Shown: positions 57,501 through 64,000 of the stretch, in pieces
Numbering within the stretch: the stretch's first letter is position 1
Layout: every line of letters begins with the position of its first letter
Assembly (NCBI GenBank): GCA_965112155.1
Contig: OZ218101.1
Reading direction: 5' to 3' (one strand)
Source of the DNA: Podarcis liolepis
Lineage: Eukaryota
DNA: 64,000 nt
Notes under the pieces: model-generated
Told to the model about the DNA's origin: nothing
The model's database searches: none
What the model saw: the letters and a program-made list of their open reading frames with translations, nothing else
Program-made: the position numbers and the translations under genes

Positions 57501-60500
57501 CCCCGGTCCGCTTGGCGCAGCCGTGTGGCTGTCCGCAGTTCCCCGGTGGCCACGTGCAGGGAGAAGCGCTCTGCCCAGGCACCTGCAGGGAGACAGAGAG
57601 AGAAGCGCTGAGGGAGGGGGGCAGCCAAGGGGAGGCCCAGGAAACCCTCCGGGGGAAGGGGTGGGGGCCTGAAACCTCTGGCCAGTGTGGGGTCTCCCAG
57701 GAGCCCAGCCCAGGGGGGCCTGTTTACCTGACAGCGAGTAGAAGACAGTGCCGTTCTCTGCCTCGTCCGGGTCTTTGGCCCTCAGCGAAGCCACCAGCAG
57801 CCCAGCCGGCTTCTCCTCCAGAACCTGAGAGGGTAGAGGGGGGGGAGGCTGGAGTTGGCAGCCATTGCCTGGACACGCAGAGGGTGGTGCCACCTCCCTG
57901 CTCCATGATCCTAGCCCTCGGCCCTGGCCTTCCTGCTGCCCTTTCTGAGGAACTGCCGGTGCCCCCTAGAGCTCCTTCCTTGCCCCTGGATCCCTCGCCC
58001 ACCTGGAGGAGGAGTTCGCGGCCCTCGGCCACGTGCAGGAAGGTGGGCGCGTTGTCGTTCTCATCCAGGACAGTGACGTAGACGGTGCCCGTGGTGCTGC
58101 GGGGTGGCGTCCCCCCGTCCTGGACCACGACCTGGAGCTGGTGGCTGGCCTGCTGCTCCCGGTCCAAGCTCCTCCGAAGACTCAGCTCCCCTGGAGGATG
58201 AGGAGAAGAGGCGCTCAGCGCAGGCCAGGCCCCCAGCTGCTCCCTCCCCGGCTCCCCCGCAGGAGCCCCTGCTGAGAAGGGCCTCCCGCTCCCGCTCCGC
58301 TCCCTCACCAGTCTGGGTGTGGATCAGGAAGCTCCCCTCGGGCGGCACCAGGCGGTAGGCCAAGCGGCTGTTCTGTCCCGCGTCCCGGTCGCTGGCCGTC
58401 ACCCGGCCCACGCTGCTGCCGGCCGGCCTGTTCTCGGCCACAGTGAAGAAGTAGCGCTCCTCGGTCAGGCGGGGGCTGTTGTCGTTCTCGTCCGTGACAG
58501 TGACGCGCACGGTGCTGGTGCCCGTTTGGCGACCCTCGCCCTCCCCGGCCACCGCCACCACCGTCAGCACGTACAGCTCCTGCACCTCCCGGTCGAGGGA
58601 GCTGCGCACGTACAGCCAGCCGGTGTCTGGAGCGATGCCAAAGCTGGCCGCATCCCCCTCGGCCCGCAGGTGGTAGGCCAAGGGGGCACTGGGCTCCCGG
58701 GCCAGGGCTCGCACCTGCAGGAAGCGGGTGCTCACGGGCACGCCCTCGCGCACCTCCACGCGGTAGGTGAGCGTGTCAAAGATGGGGCCGTGCTCATCGG
58801 CCGCCTGCAGGTGAACCAAGAGGGTGAAGGTGGCACTGAGCCGGGGGACCCCGCCGTCCTGCGCCAGGATGACCAGTCTGTAGGGGGCGCTGGTCTCCCG
58901 CTGCAGGGCCCCCGCCAGGCGCACTTTCCCGGAGAAGTGCTCCACGGTGAAGACGCTGGCCCCTCCTGAGGCCAGTTCGAAGCGCACCTGCCCGTTCGCC
59001 CCGCTGTCCCGGTCCTCCGCCTGCACTGTGTAGACCACCGTGCCCAGGGCAGCCCCCTCAGGCAGCAGCACGGAGTCAGAGGGGGCCGGGAAGGCGGGCG
59101 CGTTGTCGTTCACGTCCGTGATGCTGATCTGCACCCGAGCGCTGCTGTAGGCGGGAGGGGAGCCGCTGCGGGCTTGGACCTCGAGGAGGAGGAGGGGCTG
59201 GGCCTCGTGGTCCAGGGGCAGGCTGGTGTGCAGCTCCCCCGATTCTGGGTCCACCGAGAAGTACCCGTGGGGGTCCCCCGAGGAGATGGAGTAGAACACA
59301 CTGTCCAGGTGGCCTGGAGGCAAGAACAGAGGGGGGGGGGGAGTGGAGACCGGCTGGAGTGGGAAACAGCCCCCCTGGCCCCCCAAATAGAGACGTACTT
59401 GGGACACAGAAACTCTTCTATTGAGCTCCTGCCACTCTCTGCATTTATTGTAGGGGTGTGGGACCTGTTTGGATCGATGGAGCAGATCCTGATCAGCCTT
59501 GCAAGCCAAATCTGACAGGTAGACAGCATGTGGTGTCACTTGACTGACAGTTGGGCAGCCCCTCCCACCTCTGAAAGCCTATTGCACAGGGTTGCTAAGC
59601 GCCTGACAGCCAGCTGCCTGACTGCTAAGAACTTGGGGACCTGCCAACAGCTTTGGCCCAAATGGCTCAGGAGAGCCCTGCTCTCCCCCATGAGCTTCAT
59701 ACCTGAGTGGGGGGTGGGGGGGAGATGCATCTGAAAGCCCTTTGCAAAAGCACTCATTGAAGCAGCAGCACCCTCCTCTTAATATGGTTTAAGAGACATT
59801 TAAAGCCCTTTGCAAAATCACTCTTTGAAGCAGCCTCCCCCATAATTTAAACATCACTCAAGCACCGGACTCTCCTAAAGCACCTCACCAAAGTGTCCTT
59901 TCAGGAAGTGCTTTGTGGGAGGTGCTTCAAAGAGCGTTTTTTGCCAGGTGCCTTAAGAGAGACCCTGTGCTCCCATCTGAGTGGCTAAAACAGAGCGCAG
60001 GGACCATCTTCAGGGGCTTTCCAAAAGACTTCTTTGAAACACTGAAACACTCCGCACTTCTCTTTTAAGAGAGCGGGGGGGGAGGGCAAGCAGCGAGAAG
60101 TCTCACCCATCCACTGATGTTCCCTGTGCTGCCAGCTGGGCATGGTTATGGGGCCAAAATGGGACCCCTGATGGGCAAAGACTGGCTCAGAGGCCAGAGG
60201 TCCCTGTGCCTACCTGCGGGGTTGTGGGCATAGACGACCCCAACGCTGCTGCCCGGCCGGGTGTCTTCTGGGACCGTGAAGTAGTACTGGGTGCGCTCAA
60301 AGCTGGGCGGGGAGATGGTGCCAGCCACAATGCTGATGTTGACCTGAGCTCTGGGCTGGGCTGCCAGACCCCCTCCGTCCCGGGCCGCCACCTCCAGCTG
60401 CACCAGCGTGTTGGCTTTGCCCACCAGACTCCTCAGCAAGGAGATGGCACCTGCGAAGGAAGAGGGAGAGCTGGCTGTGGGGGAGGCTGGGCCAGGGGTG

Positions 60501-61549
60501 GGGAGGAAGGAAGCAGCCCCCCTGGGGTGAAGTCCCTGGAGGCTGGCGCCGCCCTGCCTGCCCCACCTCGCCTCCTCACCCGTGTCTGGGTTGATGGCAA
60601 AGAGGGAGGGCGTGTTGCCTGCGGCAATGTGGTAGGTCACCCGCCCATGGGGCCCCTCGTCCTTGTCGTGGGCCGTGACACGCAGCACTGCTGAGCCGGG
60701 ATGGCTTTGGGTGCTGATGCTGGTGGCGTACTCCAGAGGGTAGAAGGTGGGGGCGTTGTCATTGACGTCCTCCAGGAAAACCTTGACGTAGGCCATGGAG
60801 CTCAGCCCACCCTGGGAAGGGAGGAGGAAGGAGAGAGGGAGAGAGAGAGAGGCTGCTGGGAATCCACAACCTGGAGCCTGGATCACACCTTTGTTTAATT
60901 CAGGGATGCTTCGGTTGTGATTCCTGTACGGCAAGAGGTGGCCAAGATGCTCCTTGGGGTCCCTTCCAACTCGACCGTTCTATAATTCTCTGGCTTCAAT
61001 CTGCCGCACCTCAAATGGCCCCTGCCTGTGGGTGGGGCAGAAGCCACAAGCCCCCAATGAGGGCGGCACAGACTGGGGTAGCAGCCAGGGCTCCAGTTCC
61101 GCACTGGTGCCTCCACAGCCCAACTGGCACCTGGTGTTTCGAAAGGGCAGGTGTGGCTGGCCCCGGTGACCACGGCTTTCTTTGGGGTGAGGCCAAAGTG
61201 GCTGCTGCAAACCCTCCTGCCCACCCCAACACCCACAGAGGCTGTCACGGTCCAGCCAGAAGGGTCTCCAACCGCCCCCCACCCCACTTGTGGCCACCCT
61301 TTGCCACCATTGGCTGAAGCTGTTCTGCCACAACAGGGCGAGCCCCTGCGGCCTCCTCACCCCATCCACCGCCGTGACGGTGAAGTCATAGGCGGAGGTG
61401 CCCTCGTCGCGGTCCAGGTCCTGCGTGGTGCAGAGCTGGCCGGTTTCTTCCCCAAGGCGAAAGGCAGAGGGGGCTGAGCTGGTGAGGCCGGTGCCCAGGG
61501 AGTAGGAGAGGGAGCCCAGAGAGCCGCTGTCGGCATCCGTGGCTGTGAC
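45262..61549 (-). CDS. DCHS1: Protocadherin-16 / Dachsous cadherin-related 1, 3' portion (5' exons beyond window)
   Basis: Exons 61549-61361, 60811-60580, 60450-60214, 59313-58309, 58190-58003, 57824-57728, 57582-57425, 57336-56499, 55250-55011, 54066-53941, 53425-53216, 52653-51790, 51230-51117, 50676-50465, 50316-50162, 49370-49240, 48977-48691, 48184-48046, 47828-45262. Many cadherin repeats (DxNDNxP, LDRE, DxDxG); [28 protein letters not shown]; cytoplasmic [22 protein letters not shown]; ends ELRI*. Confidence 0.95.
51508..51542. repeat. (TTA)n microsatellite
   Basis: ATT/TTA run in a DCHS1 intron. Confidence 0.9.
55794..56046. mobile_element. hAT (Charlie-like) MITE
   Basis: TIRs CAGGG..AGCAACCT / AGGTTGCCTCCCCCTG; perfect 8-bp TSD CACTAGAG at 55786 and 56047. 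Confidence 0.88.
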
Positions 61550-61667
61550 CTGCAGGAAGCAAGAAAGAAGCATGGCATTTGCACGTGTCAGGCGGCAGGC
61601 GCAGGACCAAAGTGCAACATCCCCCCCCCACAATGACACATTTGCATGCACACCTGCACACATCTGG

Positions 61668-61931
61668 AAGAAGAAGAAGAAGAGGAGGAGGAGGAGGAGT
61701 TTGGATTTGATATCCCGCCTTTCACTCCCCTTCAGGAGTCTCAAAGCGGCTAACAATCTCCTTTCCCTTCCTCCCCCACAACAAACACTCTGTGAGGTGA
61801 GTGGGGCTGAGAGACTTCAAAGAAGTGTGACTGGCCCAAGGTCACCCAGCAGCTGCAGGTGGAGGAGCGGAGACGCGAACCCGGTTCCCCAGATTACGAG
61901 ACTACCACTCTTAACCACTACACCACACTGG
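61668..61931 (-). mobile_element. tRNA-derived CORE SINE (Squam3-like), near full length
   Basis: Minus strand begins CCAGTGTGGTGTAGTGGTTAAGAG (A box)...GGGTTCGCG (B box), CORE-like GTGACCTTGGGCCAGTCAC, and ends in a (CCT)(CTT)n tail; CTGGAAG occurs at both ends. Confidence 0.8.
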
Positions 61932-62152
61932 AAGGTGGGGAAGGCTGCTTTCATGTGTGCTGTGCCACCCCTACTGAGGTGGTGTGATGGATTCCCACAT
62001 GTCTCCACAACACAAGTCCCTGAGTGCTCTCCAGGGCAGGAAAAGTGAGATGCACAAATCTAGGGTGGGGGATCCCTGGCTTAACTGCAGTCTGGGGGGG
62101 GGCGTCTTAGTGAAGCTGAATGTGAGTCAGCAGTGTGATGCAGCAGCAAAAA

Positions 62153-62706
62153 GATTCCATCAGTGGTGTTTCCGAAAAATTTGACACATCACTTGGGAAG
62201 ACAGGTGAACTAATGCCAGTGTACTGGAAGAAGCAAAGATCACCAGTGTGGAAGCAATGATGCTTCATCATCAACTTTGTTGGACTGGTCATGTTGTGCG
62301 GATGCCTGATTATTGTCTTCCAAAGCAACTACTCTATTCTGAACTTGAACATGGAAAGCGTAATGCTGGTAGTCAACAAAAGAGGTTTAAAGACTGTCTC
62401 AAGGCAAATTTTTAAAAATGTAGTATAAACACTGACAACTGGGAAACACTGGCCTGCGAGCGCTCCAGTTGGAGAACAGCCTTGACCAAAGATGTCATGG
62501 GCTTTGAACTCAGGACGAAAAGGAAAAACGTGCTAAGAGGAAGGCATGCTTGGCAAACCCTCACTGTGATCAACTCCCGCCCAGAACTATGGAAGGACGT
62601 GTGGATCCAGAATTGGCCTCCACAGTCACTTATGGACTCACTGCTAAAACTGTGTTCATGGAAGACAATCTTACTCAGCTACGAGTGAGAGCCAAAAAAG
62701 AAGAAG
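62153..62706 (+). mobile_element. RTE-clade LINE 3' fragment (not BovB)
   Basis: Degenerate FHQxCxRKI.HITWEDR.TNASVLEEAKITSVEAM...WTGHVVRMPD..LPKQLLYSEL; flanked by GCAGCAGCAAAAA repeats (TSD). Confidence 0.8.
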
Positions 62707-62786
62707 GTGGAAGCAGCAGCAGCAAAAAAAGCTCATGCAATTGTAGGCTTCCTCATCAAACATCAAGTGTCGCCATCAAGGAATGT

Positions 62787-62972
62787 CAGGGCCAGTCCTC
62801 TCATGAGGCAAAATGAGGTGACTGCCTCAGGATCCACAGGAGCAACAGATCCCATTGCAGATCTTTATTCCCTGCTTATTCTTGATGTAGCTTTTCACCT
62901 TTCTTCTCTGGCAGAGGGGGCATGTTGTAGTTTTCCTCAGGTGCCTAAATGTACAGTATTGGGTTGGCCCTG
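62787..62972. mobile_element. hAT-like MITE
   Basis: CAGGGCCA...TGGCCCTG termini; degenerate 8-bp TSD AGGAATGT / AGGGACGT. Confidence 0.6.
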
Positions 62973-63052
62973 AGGGACGTCATAGTAACCCTGGAGTCCT
63001 GCGTCCGGTTCTGGGTACCCCAGTTTAAGAAGGATGTTGACAAGTTGGAAGT

Positions 63053-64000
63053 ATGGGACCGATTGGATGGGACCGATTCGGATGGTCCGCCCCCGCTACT
63101 TAATGGATCCAACTGCTTTCCAGAGAGTGGTAGGGGATGCTTTATCCCAAGTTGATGGCCTTTCAGCTGATTCCCTGGTGGCCCGCTGGAATGCGGAGTT
63201 AACCAGGGCTATTGACTGTCTGGCTCCGAAGCGCCCTCTCCGATTGCATGGAGCCCGGACAGCCCCGTGGTTTTCTTCGGAGCTGAGGGCGATGAAACAA
63301 TCGTTGAGACGGCTAGAGCGCCAGTGGCGGAAAACTCACCCTGAATCAGACCGGACACGGGCTAGAGCTCAACGTCGAGCCTACCAAGTGGCAATGGTGA
63401 CGGCGAAGAGGGCCTTCTTCCCCGCCTCCATTGCATCTGCAGAAACAGCAGCAGGAGACTTTTTCAGGTGGTTCGCAATCTATCGGAACCACCTGCACCA
63501 CCGGGGCCTGGTAGGGACCCCAAAATCTCCTGCAATGCTTTTCCAAAGTTTTTTGCAGATAAAGTCGCTCAGATTCAGAAGGAAGTAGACTCCACCGTGG
63601 GAGCAGGGCCAGGGCGGGAGAGTGCTAGAGTTCTGTCTAGTCCTGTTATATGGGATCAATTCCAATCTGTTACCTCCGAGGATGTGGACAGGCTGCTTGG
63701 ACAAGTGAAACCAACCACCTGTCTCCTTGATCCTTGCCCATCGTGGCTGATAAAAGCGAGCCGGGAAGGGCTGGGCGATGGGCTCTGCGGGGTGGTGAAT
63801 GCTTCTCTCTGTGAGGGAACCTTCCCAGACCCCCTGAAAGAGGCGGTCATTAGACCGCTTCTTAAAAAAACATCTTTAGACCCAGTCAATTTGGCTAACT
63901 ATTGCCCAGTCTCAAATTTACCATTCTTGGGCAAAGTGATTGAGCGGGTGGTTGCCGAACAACTCCAAGCACGCCTGGAGGATGCGGACCATTTGGATCC
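63053..64000 (+). mobile_element. L2-clade LINE ORF2 fragment (runs off window)
   Basis: APWFSSELRAMKQ..RRLERQWRK; PTTCLLDPCPSWLIK; PLLKKTSLDP..NYCPVSNLPFLGKVIERVV. One frameshift near 63445. Confidence 0.85.

Larger units (their letters stand above)
62050..63051 (+). mobile_element. Old CR1 fragment split by nested insertions
   Basis: Pieces encode KLNVSQQCDAAAK | KAHAIVG | LESCVRFWVPQFKKDVDKLE. Confidence 0.75.

Noticed and set aside
1-64000. CRISPR arrays, prokaryotic operons, rRNA or true tRNA genes
   Set aside because: None seen; the DNA is intron-containing vertebrate sequence and the tRNA-like segments are SINE heads.

Overview
Eukaryotic (vertebrate) DNA, GC-rich with very small introns. 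The repeat content (BovB, Sauria SINE, tRNA/CORE SINE, CR1, L2, Penelope, hAT and Tigger MITEs) points to a squamate reptile, probably a lacertid lizard (inference). Gene order: DNHD1 (+, 3' part) -> <- FBXW7-like <- RRP8 | ILK -> <- TAF10 <- TPP1 <- DCHS1 (3' part). This is the human 11p15.4 block plus one extra gene. The extra gene (minus strand, 16667..9516, 13 coding exons, 740 aa) is an intact FBXW7 paralogue with D-domain, F-box, WD40 propeller and the phospho-degron arginines. In place of the alpha/beta/gamma N-terminus it has a ComEA-type tandem helix-hairpin-helix DNA-binding domain plus an acidic linker, making it a candidate DNA-tethered SCF substrate receptor. Its predicted promoter (ZNF143, ETS and GC-box motifs) lies in the RRP8 3' end, and its 3' end appears to overlap that of DNHD1. 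An orphan CpG island at ~42.3-43.1 kb has a cluster of OTX/CRX-type sites and a phase-compatible chain of putative exons, possibly an unannotated gene. Exon coordinates were read by eye from GT-AG junctions and checked for frame. Comparisons with human genes are from memory, not from a search.
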